DNA from: Verrucomicrobiota bacterium | GTDB taxonomy: Bacteria; Verrucomicrobiota; Verrucomicrobiia; Limisphaerales; VHCN01 | Reading direction: 5' to 3' | DNA: 64,000 nt | NCBI GenBank assembly: GCA_016871675.1 | Contig: VHCN01000001.1 | Span: 66,268-130,267 of the forward strand | Shown here: piece after piece, positions 34,675 through 43,134 of the stretch | How positions within the stretch are numbered: position 1 is the first letter of the stretch | How the letters are laid out: each line of letters begins with the position of its first letter | Made by a program: the position numbers and the translations under genes | Notes under the pieces: generated by a model | The model's input: only the letters and a program-made list of their open reading frames with translations | What the model was told of the DNA's origin: nothing | Databases searched by the model: none

Positions 34675-35808
34675 TCACATCCGCAGAAAGATCTTGTTCC
34701 GCTCCAGCGCGCGCACGAAGAGCCAGCAGAGGAACAGGAACAACGCAACCGCGCCGAGCACATACCACAGGGGTGCGTCGCGCGGGGCGAAGGGCTTGAG
34801 CGCGCCGGACACGAGGTCGTGCAAAATGTAGCCCGCGAGCGCGTTGGTGCCGAACGTGGTGAACACCGCGAGGCGCCAGCCGCGCACATCGCAAGCCCAC
34901 ACAAATGCGGCGAACACCGTGAGTGAGAAACCCGCGCCAAACACGAGATACGACACGCTTCCCGCGCGCTGGCTCATCGTCCAGATGTTGACCGGGCGCG
35001 TCGGCGGCACGAACGGCGGTTCGACGCACAAGCCGGTCACGGTCTCGCCGGCGGCGAGTTTCGGGCCGAGGTTCACCCCGGCCGGCGGCGCATGCAAATT
35101 CAGGCAGGAGATCGCGTAGCCGAGCAGCATCAAGCCCGCGCCCCAGCGCAACAGCCGCGCGATGGGCTTCGGGCCGGCCGGCGCCTTCATGGCATCGCAC
35201 GCGAGCGTGCCGGCGATCAGCGGCACCGTCCACGTGAGAAACCCCAGCGGACCGCCGTCGATCACCGGGCGGCGCATGGCGAACTCGTAGTAGAACGATT
35301 CCGACAAGACATGAAACAGCACCGCCGAACCGGCCGCGAACGCGATGCGCGCGCCCGCGCCCTTCGCGATCACCGGCAGCACCCAGAGGCTTGTGGCGCC
35401 GATGTGCACGAGCGCCTGGAACAGCGTCCGTTGAAACGCGCTCTTCAAGAACCCGCCGACGCCGAGCGCCTGCAAGTCCGCCCAGGACTTCGCCACAACG
35501 TCGAGGTGGTAGATCACGAAGCCGAGAAGAATGAGGCCGAGGTTGCGCTTGATCGCGCGAAGATACGCGCCGCGCGAGTCGCCGGTGCCGAGGCGTTTGA
35601 GAAACGTCAGCCGATACGCGAAGCCCACGGCAAACAGAAACTGCGGCATGATGGTGTCCGCGTAGCTGCAGTAAGTGTTGTGGTGCTTGAGGATCGCGGG
35701 GACGGCGTGGAACGGGCCGATAAAGTTGACGAGGAACATCCCCGCCACGGTGTAGCCGCGAAACTGGTCCAGCGACGGGATGCGTTCTGTGGCGCTCTCG
35801 GAGGGCAT
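34675..35808 (-). CDS. DUF1624/DUF5009-type membrane acyltransferase (heparan-alpha-glucosaminide N-acetyltransferase-like)
   Basis: The N-terminal ERIPSLDQFRGYTVAGMFLVN matches the RxxSLDxxRG signature. The protein is multi-pass and hydrophobic. ATG 35808 was chosen. Confidence 0.65.
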   Translation of the reverse strand: MPSESATERIPSLDQFRGYTVAGMFLVNFIGPFHAVPAILKHHNTYCSYADTIMPQFLFAVGFAYRLTFLKRLGTGDSRGAYLRAIKRNLGLILLGFVIYHLDVVAKSWADLQALGVGGFLKSAFQRTLFQALVHIGATSLWVLPVIAKGAGARIAFAAGSAVLFHVLSESFYYEFAMRRPVIDGGPLGFLTWTVPLIAGTLACDAMKAPAGPKPIARLLRWGAGLMLLGYAISCLNLHAPPAGVNLGPKLAAGETVTGLCVEPPFVPPTRPVNIWTMSQRAGSVSYLVFGAGFSLTVFAAFVWACDVRGWRLAVFTTFGTNALAGYILHDLVSGALKPFAPRDAPLWYVLGAVALFLFLCWLFVRALERNKIFLRM

Positions 35809-35833
35809 GAGTCGTCCGGTGGTCGTCGGCGGG

Positions 35834-36688
35834 TCAGGATTCAAAATCGAGCGCAAGGTCCACGGCGCGCGCCGAGTGCGTGAGCGCGCCCACGGAGATG
35901 AAATCCACGCCGGTCTGTGCGATGGCGCGAACGGTCCGGAGGTTTGCGCCGCCGCTGGCTTCCGTGCGCGCGCGCCCGGCGACAAACCGCACCGCGGCCC
36001 GGAGCTGCGCGAGCGTCATGTTGTCGAGAAGGATAATGTGGGGGTTCGCTGCGACTGCCTGCCGGACTTGGGCGAGCGTGTCCGCCTCGACCTCGATCAC
36101 CATGCCGGGCCATTTCGCGCGCGCGCGCGCAACCGCCGCGGCGATGGCGTTGGGCTTCGCGTCCCTCAGCGCGGCGAGGTGATTGTCCTTGATGAGCACG
36201 CGATCGTGCAGGCCGAGGCGGTGGTTGCGCCCGCCGCCACACTTCACGGCGTGCTTTTCGAGCCGGCGAAGCCCGGGCGTCGTCTTGCGCGTGTCGAGAA
36301 TGGCCGCGCCCGTTCCGCGGACGGCTTCGACGAATTGCGCGGTGAGCGTGGCGATGCCGCTGAGCCGCTGGACGAAATTCAACGCGACGCGCTCGGCGGT
36401 GAGGATCGCCCGCGTTCGTCCGCGCACGGTCAACAACCGCGCGCCTGCGTTCGCGCGCTCGCCGTCGGAGACATGGCGCTTCAACTCAACGGCCGGCGAG
36501 AGCGCGCGAAAGCACTCCACGGCGCAATCCAGTCCCGCGACGACCAGCGGTTCGCGGGCGACCATGTGAGCAATCGCGGTGGCGCGGGCGGGAACGGTCG
36601 CGAGCGTCGTCGCGTCGCCGGGGCCGATGTCCTCCGCGAGCGCGGCGCGCACGAGCGCGCGCACCTCATGGGCCGGGATCGACTTCAC
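35834..36688 (-). CDS. nadC: Nicotinate-nucleotide pyrophosphorylase (carboxylating)
   Basis: ERVALNFVQRLSGIAT, DTRKTTPGLR, EKHAVKCGGGRNHRLGL and IKDNH match NadC. The start codon is GTG. Confidence 0.9.
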   Translation of the reverse strand: MKSIPAHEVRALVRAALAEDIGPGDATTLATVPARATAIAHMVAREPLVVAGLDCAVECFRALSPAVELKRHVSDGERANAGARLLTVRGRTRAILTAERVALNFVQRLSGIATLTAQFVEAVRGTGAAILDTRKTTPGLRRLEKHAVKCGGGRNHRLGLHDRVLIKDNHLAALRDAKPNAIAAAVARARAKWPGMVIEVEADTLAQVRQAVAANPHIILLDNMTLAQLRAAVRFVAGRARTEASGGANLRTVRAIAQTGVDFISVGALTHSARAVDLALDFES

Positions 36689-36827
36689 GGGTCGAGGATG
36701 AAATCCCGCGCCGCAAAGCGCAACGCGCCTTTTGGCGCGGGACAGTTTTCAGGCCGGCCCGCGGCGGCCTTGACGAGCGCGCAGAAACCCGTCGCGCCCG
36801 CGGCCGGCCTGTGAAAGAGTCCGGCCG

Positions 36828-38084
36828 ATGAAGCCAATGCCCCACGTCGCCACGCTCTCGCTTCGCCTCGTCTTCGCGACGGCCTTGCTCTGCTCGCTGC
36901 TCGCCGCAAGCCGCGCGGCCGCGCCGGCGCCGGCGCGGTTTGAGAAGGACATCCTCGCCTTTGAGGCCGCGGACAAGACAAACCCGCCGCCGAAGGACGC
37001 CGTGCTGTTCGTGGGCGCGTCAAACACGCGCCTGTGGACCTCGATGGCGCTGGACTTCCGCGGCTGGAAAGTCATCAACCGCGGCTTCGGCGGCTCGCAG
37101 CTTGCCGATGCGCTTCACTTCGCGGACCGCATCGTGATTCCCGCGGCGCCCAAGACGATTTACGTGCAGTCGGGCGGGAACGACATCCACGCCGGCCGCA
37201 CGCCGGAACAGGTGCTCGCGGATTTCAAGGCGTTCGTCGCGAAGGTCCGCGCCGCGCTGCCCGAGACGAAGATCCATTTCATCGCGCTGCCGCCGAGTCC
37301 GTTGCGATGGTCGCAGCGCGAGAAACAGCGCGAGGCCAACCGGCTCGTCGAGGAATTCGTGCGCGAGGACGGCGCGCTGAACTTCGTGGACATCTTCCCG
37401 CACATGCTCGGCGACGATGGCCGGCCGCGGCCGGAACTTTACGTGGGCGACAACCTCCACCTGAGCGCGAAGGGCTACGCGCTTTGGACGTCGCTGATCC
37501 GCTGGGACACGGCGCTCAAGAACTTCGCGAAGGAGGCGCGCACCAACCCGCCCCCCGCAGACCCCGTGCTGTTCATCGGCAGCTCAAGCGTCGTCCGGTG
37601 GAAGTCGCTGCGGCAGGATTTCCCCGGGCTGCCCGTGGTGAACCGCGGCTTCGGCGGCTCGCTGCTCGCGGACTCGGCGACCCTCGCGCACCACCTCGTG
37701 CTGCCCCTGCGGCCCGGCCGCATCGTGGTCTACGCGGGCGGCAACGACATCAACGCGGGCCGCACGCCCGAGCACGTGCTGTCTGCGTTCCAGTCGTTCG
37801 TGGAGAAAGTCCACGCAAAGCAGCCGGAGACGCGGATCACGTTCATTTCGATCACGCCCGCGCCGTCCCGGTGGAAGCAGGTCGAGCAAATCAAACAGGC
37901 GAACAAACTCGTGGAGGATTTCTGCCGCAACAACGCGAAGCTGCAGTTCGTGGACGCGTTTGCGAGTTTCCTCGGCGGAGACGGCGAGCCGCGCGCGGAA
38001 TTGTTCGTCGAGGACCGGCTGCATTTGTCCCCGGCCGGCTACGCTCTCTGGCAGCCGCTGGTGGCGAAGGCGCTCGACAAGTAG
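36828..38084 (+). CDS. Secreted protein with two tandem SGNH/GDSL-type hydrolase domains
   Basis: A signal peptide is followed by two ~190-aa repeats. Each repeat carries block I (LFVGASNT / LFIGSSSV), block II (NRGFGGS), block III (SGGNDI / AGGNDI) and block V (DNLHLS / DRLHLS). Confidence 0.8.
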   Translation: MKPMPHVATLSLRLVFATALLCSLLAASRAAAPAPARFEKDILAFEAADKTNPPPKDAVLFVGASNTRLWTSMALDFRGWKVINRGFGGSQLADALHFADRIVIPAAPKTIYVQSGGNDIHAGRTPEQVLADFKAFVAKVRAALPETKIHFIALPPSPLRWSQREKQREANRLVEEFVREDGALNFVDIFPHMLGDDGRPRPELYVGDNLHLSAKGYALWTSLIRWDTALKNFAKEARTNPPPADPVLFIGSSSVVRWKSLRQDFPGLPVVNRGFGGSLLADSATLAHHLVLPLRPGRIVVYAGGNDINAGRTPEHVLSAFQSFVEKVHAKQPETRITFISITPAPSRWKQVEQIKQANKLVEDFCRNNAKLQFVDAFASFLGGDGEPRAELFVEDRLHLSPAGYALWQPLVAKALDK

Positions 38085-38089
38085 CCCCG

Positions 38090-39832
38090 TCAGACTTCCA
38101 CACACGCCGCGCGCCGGAGTCCAAGGCGGAGCGGCAGCACGCCGAGCAGCACCGAGAGTGCTCCGAACCCGCCCCACCCGAGCAGCATCTGGTCCGGAGG
38201 CATCCGCCCCGACGGCAGCCACGGCGAGTTGAACGCAAGCAGCAGCACGGCGGCGACGATGTAGAGGAAGCTCAGCACGAGGCAGAACGTCCCGCCGAAT
38301 CCGCTCACGATTTTGCTGGGGTTGTCTTCCTTGAAATTCGGATACAGCGCGCCCAACCCGATGGCGAGGCCGTTGAGCGTGACGGTCATGATCGTGATCG
38401 CGGCGCCGAAATAGAGCGTGCGCTCCCACGGCATCATGAGCATGGAGCACGAGAGCCAGATGAGCCCGAGCGTGATGGCAAGCGATGCGAACGTGGCCAG
38501 GAGAAACTTCGCCTGCACGATGCGGACCATGCCGAGCGGCGCCATGCCGACGATCCAGAGGCGCTTGCCCTCGAGCGAGAACTGCGGGAACACGAACCGC
38601 GTGGTGAGTGTGGCGAGGTTGAGCGAGCACGCGCCGAGGTTGAGGTAGGCGACAACGTGAATCCAGAAGCTGCTCCCGATCTGCGAGGTGAAGTGGCGGA
38701 GGTTGATCACGTAAACCGTGAGGAGGCCGAACAGCATCAGCGATTGGCCCCACTGCGTCGTGTCGCGCCAGAACATGCGGACGTCCTTGACGAGGATCGC
38801 CCGCACATCAGCGCGCACCCAGAAGAGCAGCGAGAACAACGCCTCGACCGCGCCGCGCCGGTAGTGAAACACGCGCCGCCGCTCGGACCAGTTGCGGAAC
38901 CATTCCCAGTGCCCGAACAGGCTCGCCCGGCTGTGCACCGCGCTCGCCGCGTCGTAGAAGAGGTTGCCCATGCGCGTGAACGCCAGCAGGCCGAAGAACA
39001 TCACGTGGCTCACGAGCACGAGCACGAAGAAGCCCGCGGCGGCGCGCGCGCCCTCGGCCCAGTGTTGCACGCTCGACGAGAGCCAGTAGCTCGGCAGCAG
39101 CGGGAACTGCGCGAACTTGGTCCGCATCAGCAGCCGGTCCAGCACCGCGAGCACGCGGGTCTCGAGCGATTCCTCGTCCACGGGCTCGGGCTTGAGCCAG
39201 AATTTCGCGGCAAGAATCACGCCGAGCGCGATGCCCACGGCGGCGAGCTGGAACGTGCGCCGGTCCATGAAGCGCGCGAGGTTCACCGCGCACCACGAGC
39301 CGCCGACGGCGGGCAGCACGATGAAGACCGCGACGAGCACCGTCGTCACGACGTAGAAGTGCCACGGGACCTTGTGCACGAGCCCGTAGGCCGCGAGGAG
39401 CGGCGCAATCAGAAACACGAACGCCCACGACGCGAGCAGCGAGGACTCGATGAACTTCCAGCGGAAGACCGTCTGCGGGCTCACGGGCATCGTGAGCAGG
39501 AACGCGGTCTCGCGGTTGCGGAACAGGTTGGTGTAGCTGATGACAAGGTTGCTGAACAGCAGGAGCACGAACAGAAACGCGAAGAGCAGGAACAGCAGGC
39601 GCTCGATGAGCAGGTCACCGAGGCCGGGAAAGATGCCGATGAACTTGAGTCCCTTGTAGAAGAGGAGGAACGCGAGGTAGATGTAGCCCGTGATGAAGAC
39701 GGCGATGAGCCCGGTGAGCAGCGGCGACTGCCCGCGCACCGCGAGCAGGCGGCGCCACATCTGAAGCAAGTTGACCCGCAGCAGCACCGCGAGCGGGCCG
39801 CGGTGCGATGCGGCTGCCGGGCGGCCGCTCAT
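38090..39832 (-). CDS. Large ABC exporter permease (putative-ABC-exporter family)
   Basis: 580 aa with more than 10 hydrophobic helices. Its start overlaps the stop of the upstream ABC ATPase by 4 nt. Confidence 0.7.
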   Translation of the reverse strand: MSGRPAAASHRGPLAVLLRVNLLQMWRRLLAVRGQSPLLTGLIAVFITGYIYLAFLLFYKGLKFIGIFPGLGDLLIERLLFLLFAFLFVLLLFSNLVISYTNLFRNRETAFLLTMPVSPQTVFRWKFIESSLLASWAFVFLIAPLLAAYGLVHKVPWHFYVVTTVLVAVFIVLPAVGGSWCAVNLARFMDRRTFQLAAVGIALGVILAAKFWLKPEPVDEESLETRVLAVLDRLLMRTKFAQFPLLPSYWLSSSVQHWAEGARAAAGFFVLVLVSHVMFFGLLAFTRMGNLFYDAASAVHSRASLFGHWEWFRNWSERRRVFHYRRGAVEALFSLLFWVRADVRAILVKDVRMFWRDTTQWGQSLMLFGLLTVYVINLRHFTSQIGSSFWIHVVAYLNLGACSLNLATLTTRFVFPQFSLEGKRLWIVGMAPLGMVRIVQAKFLLATFASLAITLGLIWLSCSMLMMPWERTLYFGAAITIMTVTLNGLAIGLGALYPNFKEDNPSKIVSGFGGTFCLVLSFLYIVAAVLLLAFNSPWLPSGRMPPDQMLLGWGGFGALSVLLGVLPLRLGLRRAACVEV

Positions 39833-40584
39833 TGGACCGCCGCCTTTTCCTCGTTGTGATTCGCCTCCTGCGCGGTGAGCGCGAGAAAGGAGTTTTCGAG
39901 CGCGCCGTCGGAGCCGCTCTGCCGGCGCAACTCTTCCTTCGTCCCGACCGCGACAAACCGGCCCTGATGAATGATGCCGATGCGGTCAGCCATTTCCTCG
40001 GCGACGCTCAGTTGATGCGTCGAGAAAAACACGGTCATCCCGGCGCCGGACCGTTCCTTCAAGATGTCCTTCACCACGCGCGAGTGGTGCGGGTCGAGGC
40101 CGACCATGGGCTCGTCGATCACGAAAACCTCAGGCGCATGCAACAGCGCGCTGGCGATGGCGACGCGCTGCTTGGTGCCATGCGAGAGGCCCTCGATGGG
40201 CTTGCGCAGATAGTCCTCGAGGTTGAAGCGCGCGATCAGTTCCTTCGCGTCGCGCATCACGCGCTCCTCCTCCATTCGGAAAAGCTGGCCGGTGAAGCGC
40301 ATGAACTCCCATGGCGTGAGTTTGTCGTAGAGGAACGGAAAGTCCGGCACGTAGGCGAGCCGCTGGCGGACTTCGAGCGGTTGCGTCTGCACGTCGAACC
40401 CCGCCACGCGCGCCGCGCCGCCCGTGGGCTTGATGAGGCCCGTGAGCATTTTGATGGTCGTCGTCTTGCCGGCGGCGTTCGGGCCGAGCACGGCGAAGAA
40501 CTCGCCGCGCGGGATCGTCAGCGAGACGTTGTTCACGGCGACGAGGTCGCCGAATGTCTTGGTGAGGTTGACGAGCTCGATCAT
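39829..40584 (-). CDS. ABC transporter ATP-binding protein
   Basis: It has Walker A (GPNAAGKTT), the signature LSHGTKQR and Walker B (VFVIDEP). ATG 40584 is preferred over TTG 40599. Confidence 0.9.
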   Translation of the reverse strand: MIELVNLTKTFGDLVAVNNVSLTIPRGEFFAVLGPNAAGKTTTIKMLTGLIKPTGGAARVAGFDVQTQPLEVRQRLAYVPDFPFLYDKLTPWEFMRFTGQLFRMEEERVMRDAKELIARFNLEDYLRKPIEGLSHGTKQRVAIASALLHAPEVFVIDEPMVGLDPHHSRVVKDILKERSGAGMTVFFSTHQLSVAEEMADRIGIIHQGRFVAVGTKEELRRQSGSDGALENSFLALTAQEANHNEEKAAVQ

Positions 40585-40612
40585 GCGGGGGCGGTTCAAC
40601 CTCGCGGCTGCT

Positions 40613-41440
40613 TCACAGCACGAGGCGCTTGTTGACCATGACCACGTCGTCCGGCAGCTCGATCTTGAGAATCTCCCCGACGCGGCTCACGTGGACGATG
40701 ATCTGGTGTTTGTCGAACAGCCTCGCGCGCAGGCGGAAGACGCGCAGCCGCGAGTGGCCGATCTTCATCCAGTCGTTGCGGGCCTCCCACGGCAGGTTCG
40801 CGCCGACCTGCCGGATGTGCTGCAAGCCAAGGCTGCCCAGCAGGCTGCTCGTGAGCATGGCGACCGGAAGCGAGCTGCCGCCACTCAGTTCGCCGACGAC
40901 GGGCGAGGGATCCTTGAGCTGGTCGAAGTTCCACGCGCGCGTGAAGCTGCCCTCGCCCGAGTTGACCGAGATCGAAAGCGAGTTCGAGAGCGCCGAGGCG
41001 CGCAGGTCGAGGCTGTTCGGGCGTTGCATGATGCTGATCGAGAAGTCGCGCCACGTGTGGTTCGTTGTGAACGTCGTGCTTGCGTTGAAGCGAAGCGCCC
41101 GCTGGCCGCGGCCGATATCGAGAAAGCCGTCCGTGATGTCAATCGAGTAACCGGTGAGTTGCTTCACCATGCCCTCCAGGTCCGGTTCCTCGGTTGCCGT
41201 GCGACCTGTCGCGATGTTTTCCTGGATGTTGGCGCCCCAGCGGAACGAGCCGAGCCGCTTCTTTTTGTGGAAGATCTCGAGATCCGAATCGTCCGGCGCT
41301 CGCAGCATTTTCTGCCACACCATCGCCAGGGGAACGGGGGACCCGCCCTCGCCCTCGGCGCGGAATTCCGAGCGCCACAGCAGCACGTTCATCGTCACCC
41401 AAAACACCGTGACGCCGGTCAAAACGAGTCGCTGGGGCAT
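40613..41440 (-). CDS. Hypothetical membrane-anchored protein (no family recognised)
   Basis: About 275 aa. The N-terminal TM segment is LVLTGVTVFWVTMNVLLW, followed by a Ser/Thr-rich soluble region. Third-position GC is high. It lies between the TPR-LysM gene and the ABC ATPase on the same strand. Confidence 0.55.
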   Translation of the reverse strand: MPQRLVLTGVTVFWVTMNVLLWRSEFRAEGEGGSPVPLAMVWQKMLRAPDDSDLEIFHKKKRLGSFRWGANIQENIATGRTATEEPDLEGMVKQLTGYSIDITDGFLDIGRGQRALRFNASTTFTTNHTWRDFSISIMQRPNSLDLRASALSNSLSISVNSGEGSFTRAWNFDQLKDPSPVVGELSGGSSLPVAMLTSSLLGSLGLQHIRQVGANLPWEARNDWMKIGHSRLRVFRLRARLFDKHQIIVHVSRVGEILKIELPDDVVMVNKRLVL

Positions 41441-41472
41441 GGGCTTGTCCGCGGCAGGCGCCGCGCAAGGCG

Positions 41473-42261
41473 TCAAGGCGCCGGGATGATGAGCGTCTGC
41501 CCGATCTTGAGCCGTTTCGGGTCGATGCCAGGATTGGCTGCGAGCAACGTGTCGAGCTTCAGCTTGTATTGCTTCGCGATCGTCGCCGGGTATTCACCCT
41601 GCCGGATCGTGTGCGTCCGCGCAGAAGAGGTGTGGGTAGCACCCTTTGTCTCGTGCGGTTCCGCGGCGGGCGCGGCGGCCTTCGGTGGGGGCGACGCGGC
41701 GGCCACGGTGTCCGCGCGGGTCGGCGAGACCGGCGTGGGCCCGGTCTTGGACGCCGGCGGCGGCGTGGGCTGTCCGGATTGCTCGAGACGCGATCGAAGC
41801 TGCGCATTCTCGGCCGCGAGCCGTTCGATCTCGGCCTTGTAGCGGTCGAAGTGCTGCTGCTGCGCGGGTGTCGCGTGGACGAGATTCTCGGAGCGGGCGA
41901 GTTCCACTTTGCCGTCGCGGATGTGCTGCTTGACGATGTCCGCGTGCGGGGAGTTGGGCCGGAGCCGCAGGAACCGCTCGAAGTGGTAAATCGCGGCCGC
42001 GGCGTCGCCGCCCTTTTTCTCGTCGCGATACAGAATGCCCAGCTCGAAGTGCGCGGAGGCCGAGCGCGGGTTCGTCTCGAGTGCGCGTTCAAACGACTCA
42101 ATGGCGCCTTTGGGATCGAGCTGGCGCGCCAGTTCCTGACCGCGCAGGAAGTGCGGGTCCTTGATCTCATTCGCGCCCGCCTCCCGGGTTGGCGAACACG
42201 CCGCGCCTGCCATGACAGCCGCTGCCATCATCAGGTGACCCGCCGCCTTCCAAAATCTCAT
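41473..42261 (-). CDS. Lipoprotein with TPR repeats, coiled coil and C-terminal LysM domain
   Basis: The lipobox is VMAGAACS. The TPR-like region reads AIESFERALETNPRSASAHFELGILY…. The coiled-coil segment is YKAEIERLAAENAQLRSRLE. The C-terminal LysM reads HTIRQGEYPATIAKQYKLKLDTLLAANPGIDPKRLKIGQTLIIP. Confidence 0.75.
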   Translation of the reverse strand: MRFWKAAGHLMMAAAVMAGAACSPTREAGANEIKDPHFLRGQELARQLDPKGAIESFERALETNPRSASAHFELGILYRDEKKGGDAAAAIYHFERFLRLRPNSPHADIVKQHIRDGKVELARSENLVHATPAQQQHFDRYKAEIERLAAENAQLRSRLEQSGQPTPPPASKTGPTPVSPTRADTVAAASPPPKAAAPAAEPHETKGATHTSSARTHTIRQGEYPATIAKQYKLKLDTLLAANPGIDPKRLKIGQTLIIPAP

Positions 42262-42303
42262 GACGCGAAGTTAGTCGAACGATTCGCGGCGTGCAATCCC
42301 TCG

Positions 42304-43125
42304 TTGACACCTTGCGAAAAAATCCGGCGCCTGACTCATCACATCCGGCAAACGGAGTTGCATCCGCTCGACGCCTATCCCGTGCTGCCCGGGCACGCCG
42401 CGACGAACCCGGCGCCGGACAAGGAGAATCTGTTTCGTTTCAAGTGGAGCGGCCTTTTCCATCTCACGCCGAACAAGGAAGCCTGCCGGGCGCGGCGGCG
42501 GATTCCCGGCGGGCAGTTCACGACAAAGCAGATGCTGCGGCTGGCGGAACTCGCGGACAGTTACGGTTCCGGCGCGGTGCGGCTCACGGTCTGGCAGAAC
42601 CTGATCATCCCGACCGTGCCGGACGGCTTCGTCGAGCCATTGAAAGAGGCGCTGGCGAAGATGGGCCTCGGCTGGCAGCCGTCGAACCTGCGCAGCGGCT
42701 TCGTGGCCTGCACGGGCAACAGTTGTTGCAAGTCCGCCGGCTCGGACACGAAGGGCCACGCGCTGGAGCTGATGGATTCCCTCGACAAGAAGTTCCCGCT
42801 CGACCAGCCCATCACCGTCCGCCGGACCGGCTGCCCGAACTCCTGCGCGCAGCATTACATGGGCGACACCGGCCTGCCGGGTGCGACGGTGAAGGTGGCG
42901 GGCGAGTCCGTGGAGGGCTACCACGTCTTCGTCGTCGGTTTCGGGAAGAATCAGGCCGTGGGCCGGCAAGTGTTCACGGGCGTGTCGTTCGAGAGCCTCA
43001 AGCCGACGCTCGAACCGATGCTCGCGGGCTACCTGCGTCACCGCGCTCCGGGCGAGGCCTTCCAGTCCTTCGCGAACCGCCACGGCCGGAATGCGCTCCA
43101 GCGGGTGTTCAGCAATGAAGAGTAG
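42304..43125 (+). CDS. Half-size nitrite/sulfite-reductase-like hemoprotein (one NIR_SIR_ferr plus one 4Fe-4S/siroheme domain)
   Basis: RRRIPGGQFTTKQMLRLAELADSYGSGAVRLTVWQNLII is the ferredoxin-like half domain. ACTGNSCC and RRTGCPNSCAQ provide the Cx5C…Cx3C cluster ligands. No ATG is available; candidate starts are TTG 42304, TTG 42358 and GTG 42382. The N-terminal half found in full-length enzymes is absent. Confidence 0.55.
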   Translation: MTPCEKIRRLTHHIRQTELHPLDAYPVLPGHAATNPAPDKENLFRFKWSGLFHLTPNKEACRARRRIPGGQFTTKQMLRLAELADSYGSGAVRLTVWQNLIIPTVPDGFVEPLKEALAKMGLGWQPSNLRSGFVACTGNSCCKSAGSDTKGHALELMDSLDKKFPLDQPITVRRTGCPNSCAQHYMGDTGLPGATVKVAGESVEGYHVFVVGFGKNQAVGRQVFTGVSFESLKPTLEPMLAGYLRHRAPGEAFQSFANRHGRNALQRVFSNEE

Positions 43126-43134
43126 GCGCCGCCG

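Noticed and set aside
37034-39859. 941-aa ORF on the plus strand
   Set aside because: It overlaps the SGNH gene in another frame and runs antisense to the ABC permease. It is Arg/Glu/His-rich nonsense with no recognisable domain.
41569-42261. Possibility that the upstream part of ORF 41569..43125 supplies the missing N-terminal half of the nitrite/sulfite reductase
   Set aside because: That stretch is antisense to the TPR-LysM lipoprotein gene. It reads as Arg/Gly-rich filler with no NIR_SIR motifs.
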